DNA of 64,000 bases from Oopsacas minuta (taxonomy: Eukaryota > Animalia > Porifera): the NCBI GenBank assembly GCA_024704765.1, contig JAKMXF010000332.1:1047080-1111079 (forward strand), given 5' to 3'. A model generated the notes under the pieces. The model had not been told where the DNA came from, made no database searches, and saw only the letters and a list, made by a program, of their open reading frames with translations. How positions within the stretch are numbered: position 1 is the first letter of the stretch; each line of letters opens with the position of its first letter. Of the stretch, positions 46,405-59,515 are shown piece by piece. Made by a program: the position numbers and the translations under genes.

Positions 46405-48688
46405 TCTAATGTGATAAATGTGATGAATGTGATAATGTTTATATTTGTTTGTGTGTATAACGAATCTTTTAAATTATTAATGACATTATGAAATTTATAC
46501 TTTTCGGCTGATCAAGGTTTGCAGAAATAGATAGAATTCGTGATATTACAATATGTGCCCTACAATTAATTGCATTAATATTAGTCATATTCTTTCCTTT
46601 GTAAAAGAAACGATTGCTTAATTGTTTAAATGCGAATTAATATTCGGGATATTAGTTTCACCCTAACAATTTCATATACAAGTGTGAATCTATATTCATG
46701 TTATTTTTGTAATGTCACAGATAGTATGTATTCCACTGATCTGGTCTGAAATTATAGTAATTACATCGATACATTGTATAAATTCAATATATGTTTCTTA
46801 CTCCAATGTGACAACATTCCAATCTCAAGCTTCGTTCTAACCCTATCGGAGGCCCCTCTTCCGACGTGGCTAGGCGAGCTGAGTCTAGCTATACACCGGA
46901 TCGGACCCAGCTTTCTATATTCTTTTGCCAGTTTTTCATGTATTCCTTCATATATGATGTCATACTTTGTGATTGTCAGATTTCTTTACTATAATTGCAT
47001 AACACATGTTTAACATGTAAATGTGTTTTATGTTCATGTCAAAAACAATTGTAATTCATATTTTTCTAGAACTACTTTTCATTGCCAATTATCATAATAT
47101 ACTTCGTTCAGATGATTGATTTTCCAATGTCTATTCATTTTGAAGCCTGTGCATTGTGGCAGAGACACACCGTTTGTCATAATGTACATACTTCCCAGTG
47201 AATAGACATTGAATAATTTATTACCGAAAGAGGTATAATTCTGCAATTAGAAATGAAATGTAGTCCGAGACGATTTACAATAACACAAACTGTATATGAC
47301 TCGGACATTTACTCACTTGTTAGACACCATTATTTACATCTTAACAATATACAGGACATGTACCATAATGGGTATCCCGGTGTTCGCACACCTACTGCTA
47401 CCATGAAAGACTTTGCATTATTCTCTGGGGTAAAGTCTGTTTAGACACCCATAATTCATTATCATGAACACCCATATACTTTAATATTGGGCACGGGCCC
47501 TGATATTAATTGCATTTATAGTAAAACACGGTATTACATCATGAATCTGTAAGAACTACGTGATGAACTGAAAAAGAAGTATTAGGCCGTATTTGCCGAT
47601 TCCATAAATCGTGTTTAAATATCGTTTAGAGGGTCGATGCGTGTATACCTGGACTCAACTTGCCTAGAGGCTTCGAACCAGGATCACTCGATGGGGTTAT
47701 GACAAATTATGAGGTTGGAATGTTGTCACATACGTGAGACAATCTGCGTCGCTAGAGAAAATATTCTCCAGATATGATCAAGTGACTCATAAAATTGCTG
47801 GAACTTTAAAGGTCAGTACGAATCTGGTGGTTAAAATTTGATTCGAATTGATATGAAGAGTTTGCAATATGGGGAAGTGCAAGCAATTAGCTAACCACAG
47901 CTATTAAAACATGCCATAAATCAACGTTCCCAAGGTTGAATATAGTTGAATTATTATTAGATGCATTTGCCATGTATATAAACCTTTTGAATCAAAATAA
48001 ATGTCAATGTTCCATGTAGTGTTCTATTGAACTACAATTTGAAAGAATATTTAACAAATCTGATAAAAATGCCATTCACTATTAGATATCAATTCAAATA
48101 CCCAATTTTACAACCCGGAAGGTTCCAAGCATCTCCTGGACAACATCCACTAGCAAGTTTGACTCTAATACAACGGAAAAATTCTTCACCTCATTCCAAT
48201 TAGTTAGCTAAAATGCACATACTGCTAACCTACATTATATTTTGCCTTACTTACGCCTACTTACAGATTATTGCATCGAATTAATGCAGCGTGCCCATTA
48301 TATTCATCGAAATATTTGACAGATATATTAAAAAATAGGAATTTCGGATTGTTTGCGGCATTTTGAAGTTTCAAATTCTACATCTATAAATACTGAATTC
48401 AGTAAATATATCAGACTTTACACTACGTAATGGCAACTTGGATAAACACTCTTATTAGTTGTCTGCTGGTAATTGAACAACATGTCTATCCATAGTCTAA
48501 ATGTTCTTGGCAACTCTAGTTTCATGCTTTCTACGAAATTTATTCACATTATACATGCATGAGTATATGGATGATTCAAAGTATATTCCTTATTACTATA
48601 CCTGATCATTAGTTTATATTTACTCGAAGTGAAAATTATTCATAAATGTTTGACTTCTTTCTCGCTATTTATATATTTCAAATTTTAG

Positions 48689-49114
48689 CACTGTTTCTAT
48701 TGGTGGACTCCCCCTTTCGATCGAAAAAGAACGTTTGGAAACTGTTTGTAAGCCTTTCGGCAATGTTATTCGTACATTCTTAACGGATCCAACTGTTCTT
48801 TCAACTGAATACAGGAATTGTACACTAACATTCTCCGACACAATTGATAATAATGCTCTGGTTTCTAATTTGCAGTCAAATTTTCCAAAGGAAGATTTTC
48901 CTCAGGTTTCTATAAGCGTGGAGTCAAACCGTGTCCAAAAGTGTAAGCCATCTGCTGGTATATTTAATGCGTTGGATGTTGTACTTTCTAATATTTCTCT
49001 AGCTGTTAAGGTTGTTCAAACTCTTGACTCTAAAAGAAAACTATTCATCAATGAATCTTGGTTTAGAGATCAGTCTATTATATATCCAAATGTCTCACCA
49101 CTAAAAGTATTCAG
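48689..49114 (+). CDS. SRRT: SRRT/ARS2 exon 3 (RRM-like domain and following helix)
   Basis: STVSIGGLPLSIEKERLETVCKPFGNVIRTFLTDP..RNCTLTF..NISLAVKVVQTLDSKRKLF corresponds to ARS2 TCSLFMRNI..KLAAKLIHTLDDRTQLW. TTTTAG acceptor is phase-compatible with exon 2; donor CAG|GTAATT. Confidence 0.8.
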
Positions 49115-50298
49115 GTAATTTTCTTCGATTGATGAATTTGTCAGTACATTATGGATATTGAAGGTAATTGTACACACTTAATTTATTGTCCAGGTTAAAA
49201 ACTAGCATAATTATGTAATCTCATAAGGATGTCACTTCCATGTTTCGAATCATCGAAGTATTACTATTACTACACAACATACTCATCAAATCAATGTTTT
49301 ACTGAGGAATTTAGTAAAGTGCTCATAATGCTGGTAGAGACCTAGATCTGGCACAAATACTGTATTGATCACTATTTATCTACTGCAATTTTCACTCCTA
49401 TATAGGTTAAAGTGGGGCATTTAAACTTCATAATCGCTTTATTGACTTGTTGCACATCCTTATGGGAAACAATTTATACCATTTTCAGTCGTAAGGTGTA
49501 GGATGACTATACCCATTTCATGTACTCTATTCTTCCCCTTTCCTCGGCCTATAGTAACTTCTTTAGAAACGGTCTGGTTATATATAGGTTGTTTCTACAG
49601 TGCCACAAGGGCACTTTAAGGCGATTATTTATCAGAGTACCGGCAACTGCACCAAAAGTTTTCTTCTTATAGTTCCAGTGCAGCATTCAGTATAGTTTTA
49701 TTTTGCATATTTGAAATCAGATATTAGGGTCTTCTAACTTCACATTTAATCAATAAATGACACAATTCGTATGTTTTCACATAAATTATTACTTATTTTG
49801 TTTGTAAATCCTTAAATTCAGATGTCTAATTTTGTATCGTAGAAATAGTACTTTTTTTGCCGTTATTTTCATCTTTTTCCAGTGAAGGCGGAGTAGGTCC
49901 CGGGACCCGTCTGCCACTGGACAAATAATTTCTCTTTTTCCCTGGGTAACTGTTCTTTAACCTGTTTATGCACGAAGTATACCGCCTGCTTGGGCAATTA
50001 TAGTTCAATACAGTCGAAGTATACATACTAGTCATATTTACAGTAGAACAGATAAAGCCTATCCCCCACGGAAAACGAAATCGTACTTATGGACGTACCG
50101 AGGGGCTGTGGAGCGATACTTACCAACTTTTGTCAGATCAGACCATAGAAATTCTGTAGAAACCCTACAAATTGGTTTGGATAAAGGAATAGTGGAAAAA
50201 TTCAAATTCATGGAATAGTATTTTTGTACTTCGAATATGTCAACCATCTTTTTCTTATCATGCAACCCGAAGATGATTGGGATTGAATGCCTTTAGAG

Positions 50299-50716
50299 TC
50301 GGGATCGACCGGGAGCACGATTTTCTGCCGTGTCCGGGAAAAAATACCAATTTTCGGCCGGGGCCCTGGTCGATCCCTCGTTCCTTAAGTACAACCTAAG
50401 AGCTGTTGGATTTGGCTCATTCAAATTACTTCAACGACCTCCTGACGTAGTTCTTCCTAATCAACAAGACGAGGAAATAGATGATGATAGTGAAGATTTT
50501 GATAGTTTATAGAGATACGTATATAATTTGATTTAGTATCTCGCACTTCAAATTCTTCGTTCCAAACCTATGATGTTTGCTTTTGAAATGATTCTAGCAT
50601 AAATTTCCTTAAACACCCTGGCTAGTCAAGGGCCGGGTTCTCAACTTTTTGGCGTGGCCGGGGCCTGGAAAAAAGTACCGATTTCGGCCGACACCGGGAC
50701 CCCGGTCGATCCCTAC
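50299..50716 (+). mobile_element. hAT 3' end fragment (C-terminal coding remnant plus TAGGGATCGACCGGG TIR) with an ~80-bp mini-element of the same TIR type
   Basis: gggatcgaccggg at 50301, ggtcgatccct at ~50368-50378 and cccggtcgatcccta ending at 50716. FLKYNLRAVG..DDDSEDFDSL* lies between them. Confidence 0.6.
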
Positions 50717-52345
50717 TATTGGGCATACACTGGCTTGTAAAAGTTTAAGTAGTTTTCATAATGGAAAATGCATTTTGCGTATGAAGATATTCTTTCAACT
50801 TGTCTAGGTCTAATATATTTTCTTAATTGATGTAATTCTTTTTCAGCATCCTAAATACTTATTCCTTCTTCTTATTCTGTCTAACTGCTTGATTGTTGGA
50901 AATCATTCGACTTTTAATATATGTGCGTTTTTATTTCGACAAACATATTTTTCAAAATTCGATGATTTTCCTAAATTTGTCGAGGCCCCAAAATTACAGA
51001 TAGCAATTGATAGCTTCTTCATCTACAATAGTTACGAAATTATGTAATACTAGATGTGACATACTGAATTATCTAAGAATATGACACCAACAGAATATTA
51101 GCCTATTCTGAGGCGTTAATTCGAGTGTCTAAGGTTGATTCTGCTTTAAAGATTCCTCTGAAGAAGGAACATAATCTATGTATAACAGACTGCTCCGAAA
51201 TATCGGTTTCTTTAGCAGGAATAATACCCACGAGGCTAATCTTATGGATATTTCTGAGATTAGCCTCCCAGAATTATCTATTTAATCTATCTGCAAAATT
51301 TAACTTGTGAAATATTTGATCAATCTGATGCATTTAGGGCGAATGTGACAAATCAGATGATCTCCAACATGCATCCAGTATATAAGTAGATGCTCTATTC
51401 ACTTCCTTGACCTTTTCTTCACGCTAGCCATACTTGTTTCTAGATAATTATATATATATATATATGTTTACACAAGATTATATTCTAATTTTGAATTATC
51501 ATTACCCACCAAATGTTGGTGTAATCTTTATATTATTATCACTCCAAAGACGTTATCAAGAAACATAGAAGCCATATTAAATACTAACACTGGCAATCCA
51601 GTCGTAAGAACCTGTAATATATATGCAAATAATACATAGTATATACAATGCTTGGACTCATATAACTGCCTATTCTTCACCAAATGCTGTTTAAACCACT
51701 TTGCCCTGCTCAATAGACTAACTTTACTCCCTCGATACTTTGTCTTGTCCACTGACGTCCAGGGATTCAATACCTGCTATCATATACTATCTCTAGCCTG
51801 ACACATTTCATATATGTATTCCAAATCTACTGTTGAAAATGGGTTATTTTGAGACCCTGTATTTTTTGTCCCAACCGGAATTTATCGTTCAACTTGTGCA
51901 AAAGAATGTTTATTCGAATTTCCCATTTAACATTACCGGATTTGTCGTTTTCATTTGGGTTAAATTTTTCGTTATGTCTTTTGCTTTATCTGAGGGTATA
52001 AACAATTGAAAATCTATTCGACTTTTTTGTCCTATAAAATATATTTGTAATGTTTCATAATACTGGATTTGTTCATGCACTATTAGATGGGTACTCAAAT
52101 GGACAAAATATCCCGATTTCAACTCAATTTGTTCCCAATTTAATCAACAAACGATATTCATGTATGTCATCCAACAGTATAATTCTTGGAAATTGCTTGT
52201 CCAGGGAACCCTTGGACTCACAAACGATCTTCTAACTTACAAAGAAGGACGCAGAACTTATTTCAATATTGATTTTTTATGGTTTTGTGATCTTAAAACC
52301 CAATAAATCTGCTCTAAGTGAAATCCCTGGTCCTTCTAGGGCACG

Positions 52346-52600
52346 GGTTCCCAAACCTTTTCTGTTATTACCTAGTCGTTCGACACTGTTAATCCTGCTA
52401 CCCGGGTTTAGGAGGAGGAAATTTATCAGAAATAATTGAATCTAAATTTTATATCAGATTTGAATAGATGATCGATAGGAAACCTGTTCCTATTTTTCGC
52501 TACTAAATCTGCCATACGAGGCCCAGTTTTGCTCAATGCACAGCGGAGATACCGTTCCCGATCAATTTGTTGCGTTGCTTGGCTTGGTAAGCAGAAAGTC
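52346..52600 (-). mobile_element. hAT (Charlie/Buster-like) terminal fragment
   Basis: TIR-like CACGGGTTCCCAAACCTTTT. Minus strand gives RYLRCALSKTGPRMADLVAK, resembling Buster-type C-termini. Confidence 0.6.
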
Positions 52601-53591
52601 CGGCCATACATATTTAAGTCGATGATAATGGAGTAATGATCAAAAGAGCAATTTTGGTAATCTGTGGTGATACTGGTAACATCCTATCCAGTATTTTTGG
52701 AGACAAAGTGAATGTAGTCAATTTTCACAGATATGTTGATTGCACTGGCGTATCCAGACAAATTGGATATGTGCTCATCATACTGCCCCTTCTAGATATT
52801 TTAATTATTGGATCTTGTTAAACAATATTGTAAGTTGGGTATGTAAATCTTTTCAATATTACACATACTTACAGTAATCGACAATGGATTGTAACTGGAA
52901 CAACACTTCTGTAGTTACTATATAAGAACAACCAATACACACACAGGAATACTTGAAAACTCCTTCAGTCAATTTTTGTGTATAATTCACAATCTGAAGC
53001 TAATTAGAAACTATACATGTCCTGCAACACTATTTTCAAAAATAACTAACGAAACAATAGTAGCAAATTCTGATCAGAATTGCAAAGATATACAAATATT
53101 TATGAACAATCTCAAGACACTTCTTTTTTATTGCACAGAGCACAAGAATGCATTTGGCTACCCAATCATTATCATTATTTTTACACCTCGAGAATCCTTA
53201 TATTACCCCACTTGGCAATGTTACCTCGGTGTTGGGAATCCCTGAAATTCCCTATTTTCGTTTACCATTAATTCACTGCTGTTAAAATGTTATTGTAGTA
53301 TCCTATTTGTATCACTTTGGCTCCATTTGGTTTGAATGCTTCACATACATATAGTACGTAGGTAAACAAATAAGAATATTAATGATTGATAATTTTTATA
53401 GCATACTGAACTACCAACATACACTCATTAAGTGATATGTCCAATATGTTCATGGGTTTTTCGGATAGCCTATCATTGTCCAGCTTTTGGTAAACCCTCT
53501 TGTCATCCCAACAGTACTGTCTACTTTATGGTTTGGCATGGTAGGAGCGGCACTTTAACAGTTAGTCCCAGGCGAAGATTAGTGTTACCAT

Positions 53592-54276
53592 CAGGGGCGT
53601 CGGAAGCTGGTATTTCATGGGGGGATCTAATGATATGTTTGATGAATAATAACACTCAATTTAGTAATCTAGATAGTCTAAATTTGAGCTTTGCCAATCT
53701 CCCAACTTCTTTTCACGGTGTTCAGTATATATGACATTTGTAATTTTTGAAAATATAAACTGTTGTATATTCATTGCTTATGTACTACTATTATGGTTGG
53801 TAATCAGCAACCAAGAAACAAATGGAAAAATTAGTTTTAACAAGCTTTGTTGTTAGTAGTAAATTATTACTATACATGTGAGGTGGCAAATATACAACTA
53901 GATAATATGAAGATATAACTCCAGCAGGCTTCAACCAATGACTGGATATGTGAGGTTTCTGTTGAAAACTTTCCAACTGGCAACAAAATTATAATATGAA
54001 AATAACTATAAACAAACTATGAAGGGGGATATAACACCCTCAAGGGGATAACCCCCATCGTTGTTGGTTTATAATTATTTAAAATTTTCGAAAGTATCGA
54101 GAATTCCGATTCCGGGTGGAAACTATTGTACATTATATCCTCCTAAAATGGCAAAATGTTCTGATAAATTCGAGAGTAATTTAATACTCACTCACAATTA
54201 TAGGGGGGGGGTTATCCCCCTCTGTCTAAATCATAGTGAGATGAGTAGTCCCATCCCCCCACTTCCGACGCCCCTG
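53592..54276. mobile_element. hAT-type MITE (685 bp)
   Basis: 15-bp TIR CAGGGGCGTCGGAAG. Flanking 8-mers GTTACCAT and GATACCAT match at 7 of 8 positions. Confidence 0.85.
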
Positions 54277-54564
54277 GATACCATTTGTCTGCCATTGTGA
54301 GTACTAACAGAATTATTCTTCTGAATATTCTTCCTCTCACCTAGTATATGAATTGATAATCAATGGAGAAAGTAAGTGCAATATCTTCGGCTAAGTTTAG
54401 ATTAACCAAATTATGCTGAGAGTGTGTGTAATCTGTATTATTAAATCTCAATATTTGTTTATTTGTTTGTTTGTTCGTTGTCAAGGAAGTAAATAGAATT
54501 TAATATAACATCAATAAATATATCGAACATGCTGATCCGATTTTAACACTTTTGGATTAACCAA

Positions 54565-54790
54565 TGTAAATTTATTGTTGTTTTTATGAATATAAAGTAA
54601 ACAAATTTGCCAAATCTCGAAATATACGTACCTACTAGCTCTAACGGCTACACAGGGGTAACTAATTACGCTGAATCTGAATTTCGCATTTTCAAGTTTC
54701 TCATATGTAAATTTATTGTTTTTTTATGATTATAAATTAAACAAATTAGCAAAGTCTCACAATTTACTTAGATACTTGCTCTCAACGGCA
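54565..54790. repeat. Imperfect direct repeat, ~140-bp period
   Basis: tgtaaatttattgtt..tatga.tataaa.taaacaaatt.gc.aa.tctc at ~54566 and ~54706. Confidence 0.7.
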
Positions 54791-55045
54791 TCTTACAAAA
54801 TACTTCAATAATATATATGCCATATAACTATATTTGTGAATCACATTGTTCTATATATATATTTATATTAGAATACTCAAAGGGGACCGTCAATTTGGAG
54901 AATAATGGCTACCTCGAGGCGCAGTGCACTGAGTTCATCGCGAAGCCACGAGCCTTTGGCTCGTATATATACATACGACTATGTATGCTACGGAACTTTT
55001 TTACATTTGAACATGTTAACATCTACCGCGGGACATGTTGAATTA

Positions 55046-55518
55046 CACTGCCAAACATGTTGAAATATACTGCAGTAGATGTTGAATTCGAATAATTTTC
55101 TGACTTAATTTCCCTTTCCAGCTCATTATTTTCAGGAATCAAGGGCTTAATTCTCATTCTAAATTCCGTCAAAAGAGTTTAATTCCCATTTCCAGCCCCT
55201 GAATTCCAGGAATCTAGGTATGATTTCCCATTCTCAATTCCTTCAAAGTAATGAATTCCCATTCTTAGTCCCTAATTCTAGGTATATATGTTACATACCG
55301 ATTGAAATATCATTCCAGCTGCATAACAATGTTTATTCAGTTAGTTGGATTTAATTCTCGTGAATTCATTACTTAATTAATTTTCTATATGTTGTATACT
55401 CATAGACGATTTTATCATTTCAGCTCTATAGCAATCTTATCCAATTTTCAGTTGGAATTTTTTCCCAAATCTAGGATAATTCGAAAGATTTCTTTCCAGG
55501 AATTAATTCCGGGCAGTG
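55046..55518. mobile_element. Possible CACTG-ended (CMC-type) non-autonomous element with AATTCC subterminal motifs
   Basis: CACTGCC at the left, GGCAGTG at the right, and many (g)aattc(c) motifs inside. TSD not convincing. Confidence 0.35.
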
Positions 55519-57439
55519 TGTCCAACTTTTCGGTTTTTCCAAGTAGGACAGTCCCTTTATTTTGCATATCCTAACAAGGCCGGTCCAGAATTTCAAACTC
55601 GTACCTAATCTTATTATATAGTGGGTAGTGGTGGTCTGAGTATCTTGCAGAGCTGATGCCGGGTCAGTGCCATGATTTTCCAATCCGGTAAAATGCACTG
55701 TTTGCCTTCCATCCTGGAATATCAAGACTTGGGATTTATTCTCAATTTTTTTCCATTTGTTGAGTTCGTAAAAAATTTGATATTGTATTTAAATATTCGA
55801 GTTAGACATTTCAAAGTGTCAGAATCGATTCTACTTCCCTGTTTACCACAAATTAGCTGGTCTAAGTTAATCTCAGAGACAATATGAAATATTTCCCAAA
55901 GGTGTGAAAATATTTAGAATCCTGTGTTAAATTGTGTGTATATATTGGGGAAGCAAATACATATATACTAATATAGTAAGTCAACCATTTACTGTTGAGG
56001 TATTATACAAATGTACAGCTTTTCGGACATGTTTGAGGCTGATGTTCCTCCAAAACTTGCCAAAACCATCAGTGCGGCTAAACAAGAATATCAAGTTTAT
56101 ACTATCAGTCCGGACCGATCTGGTCCATAAATTCCCGTACCCCTGCAACACTATATTAAACACATCAGCGTTTGCTAGAACAAGTAAACTTGATCATGAT
56201 CATGATTTGAATCAAGATCCTTGTATATTATGTGGAAACCGTTTTATTTCAACTAGAATGATCAATTAATCTTACAATTCATTTTTTGAGAAAATTCAAT
56301 TAGTGTATTACTCTACTATATTTGCACAAATATATATCTACTTTAAATCTATTTTAATTGATGATGATATTAATGCAAAATTAACCTATTATCCATCCCT
56401 GCTGCTAACTGTGCATGACTGACCACAATCAAAGAAATTAATTGATGGCTGCCAACGAAGTGCCGCCTTTGTGTGCAAAGGGCGTCTAAAATGACCTCTG
56501 AATGCGTATGGCTTTAAATGTTATCTGGAAGGCTAGCCCCCAGAACACCCACAATAGGTCTCTTACTACGTTTACTCCCATGCCAGACCAATCATAAATT
56601 ACTTACACTGAATCTTTTGCCCCTGAATATAATTCTTCTACAATTCTTTACTTGGATTAATGTTTCAGCTAACTAATGGCAACATATCTTGTGTTTTTAA
56701 ATTCTCATACTTCCTTAGAAATAATTACGCCCCTTAAAACTTTCTTAAACGTTATACTAGGCATTCACCGGATCCGACCTGATCCATAAATATTTGATCT
56801 GGTGCACCAATAATATGACTTTAGTATCTTAATAACATTTTTCTTGAATACGCATGGGAGCTTATTATTTTCTTGGCCATCTTTGAGTTTATATCTTTTT
56901 TATAAATTTTGAAAGTACAGATGATCTCAGGAAAATCATATTATCCAAATTTTTGCATTAATCAAATGAGGCTTGAATTTCATTAACTACAATGTCTCCT
57001 AGAAGAGACATGCGTGAATTCTTTGTAGATTAAATGTGCAGAATTTTCAAGTTGGTGGAATTGGAATTGCGATTATTCCCATTCCCATAATATCACCAAT
57101 CATTCATAAAACAAGCTTCGTTTACTTGCCCTTTGGATGGTACATTTGGGGTGCCTCTAGTATTCATATTTTTATTGATTTACTATGTCATATACACACC
57201 AACCATTTAAATGACTCAAAATTGTGGTTTCATAAACCACATTAATCGTTAATTACAATATCTATCTTTAAGTACACTTTTTGTAAAGTAATCAATGATC
57301 TGCCTCTATGTATATTTTGCTATTTTTTCACATTGAGCATTTTTTGATCACGAGGTGGAAATATGAAAAGTGTTATGTATAGACATATGTAATATGGTAT
57401 TTACATACCTTATCTACCTCCATATGTCTTTTACTCCGA

Positions 57440-58085
57440 CCTAATAAAGAGATTTTCATTTGCTATTCGGATTAAATAATGCACCTATTATCAAATATTA
57501 TGTATTATATTGCATGCCAGCGCACCCCGCTTGCTAGGTCGTTGCACCACAGCTTAGTCCTCCAGATTAGATTAAGTATTGAAAATAAATTTCTTAATGC
57601 TTTGGTTGCTACGGGTGACGGGTTTAAATGCCACTTCGTGCCTCGTGTTTATAATATATCAGAAATTTAAGATTTTATAATCCATTGTCCATCCAAATTT
57701 CATTCACTGACCTTCTGTGGTGACACTGGTGATGCTATTAGCTTCTGGTTAGTAATTTCTGCACTTCATGGGTGGGTACTAAGAAATTCAGGAATTTTCG
57801 AAATTTGGAAAATTGTTTTTTTAGAAGGTCATGAAGACGTAATAACCCCATGGGAAGTTAAGTTTTGGTCAGAACCATGAAGTCAGGACATTTTTCACAT
57901 TGAGGGGTACCTATGATTCAAATTTCAAACTTCCATAATGTGTATTTTGCTGAGCAATGGTTAATAATGTGATTTTTCAGTAATCCTAAAGGTGACTATG
58001 ACATCATAATTTCGTCATAGGTTTGAATTTTCTTCCAAGACTCGAATTTTTCCGAGCCAGTCCAAATATACCTGCCATAAATCAA
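57440..58085. repeat. Third copy of the dispersed repeat family seen at 28000-28990
   Basis: Shares the cttcgtgcctcgtg..taata, ttttcgaaatttgga, tacct.tgattc.aa.tt.aaactt and ataatttcgtcatag blocks. Confidence 0.7.
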
Positions 58086-58157
58086 CCATGGGGTCTTCCT
58101 GTTTATTCTATCAATTCTGGGCACACAAACATACATCTATATGTATATATATATATA

Positions 58158-59515
58158 CAGTGTGTCAAGATGAAATTGAAACTATGTTTTAACCTAACTT
58201 TCTGAAAGATAATCACCACAAGCCTCGAAATACGAGTTTAGGTATTACAAGATGTCTATAGACTAATATTTGAGCTTAAAGCTATTACTCTGGATCACTA
58301 ACTTCTGACGTTTTGGCATAGATTGCCAGTAAGGTCTCCAAAATTCAGGTTCTATACAATCCCAAATAGAGAGAAGTGTTTCTTCAAGTCCACTAAGATT
58401 ACGAGAAGGGTTCAAATGGATCTGATGTTTGATCCAAGCCCATAAATTTTCGATCGGGTTTAGATCTGGGCTACAAGCAGGCCATTCCATACGAAATATA
58501 TCATGACTATCACGGAAAGTCTTAGCAACTTTGACTTGTGTTTGGATCGTTATCTTTCTGAAAGGCCCAGCCATCAGGGTACAATACCTGAGCTTGTGTA
58601 ATCAGACACTAGTTTAGGATGTTCGTATATAATTCTCCGTTGAGGTTCTGCCTAAAAACCTTCAACGGGAAGGTCCCATGAAGAAAAATTGCTCCCCAAA
58701 CATGTAATTTTAGACTGTGTTTTTTGCTTTGCTTGACCGCTTGTTGGTACCCTTTGCACCATAGCCTTATACTGCTACCAGCTAGCCAAATTGACATCTC
58801 ATCGCTAAAAGCTACTCGCTCGCAATCAGTTTGTTTGTTATTTTTAGCCCACAATACTCTTTGTTGTTTGTGTCAATCCGTTAGCATAGGAATACTCCTT
58901 GCAACTTTGTGGGTGTACCCTCTCCTTTGTAATTCATTCCTGACCGTTTCATGGGATAAACTTTACTGACGAAGATGATTAAATCGAGTGGCCAATTTTC
59001 TTAAGGACAGCTTGCGATTCTGATTTGCCAAGCTTACAAGAGATCTAGCATCGTTTACATGTTATATTCTCTGTTTTCCGATTCCAGATTTCCTCTGTAT
59101 ATTGCCGCCCTGACGAAATTTGGCTAATATGCGGAAAACAGTACTCCTCAGGATAGCTGTTCGCTGATGTATTTCGCTACCACTTGTAACCCCTGCATCG
59201 AATAATATGCGGATGAAGTTTCTTCTTTCTAACTCCACCATACTGATTACGTATTACGACACAAAAGACAAATATGTGCCAAAAACTGATATTGGAGCTG
59301 TCTAAGGAAATATAGCAGATATTTTCGGGAATGTGTATGCTAAGTGACAGACTGATAGGTTGTTCGTGTATTCTAGAATCAATTAACTAATGGTGACTTG
59401 ATACACATGTAAAAATGAATCAGAAAACAAATGCGTTTTATATCTAACCATAGCAAATGAAAAATTATGAAGATACACAATTACACGAAAGTCTCAATTT
59501 CATCTTGATAGACTG
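58158..59515 (-). mobile_element. Tc1 (DD34E) transposon, defective
   Basis: TIR CAGT(G/C)T(G/A)TCAAGATGAAATTGA(A/G)ACT at both ends with TA. Remnants include AFSDEMSI, LHVWGAI and WPACSPDLNPIENLW. Confidence 0.92.

Noticed and set aside
50330-50512. Acidic ORF (..QQDEEIDDDSEDFDSL) as the terminal SRRT exon
   Set aside because: Weak acceptor, no ARS2 similarity, and it lies between hAT TIRs with an FLKYNL motif typical of hAT C-termini.
57100-57170. FTCPLDG as the ARS2 C2H2 finger (WLCPLSGKKF)
   Set aside because: Lacks the following KxF..F..KH...KH pattern, the frame closes quickly, and there are no good splice sites.
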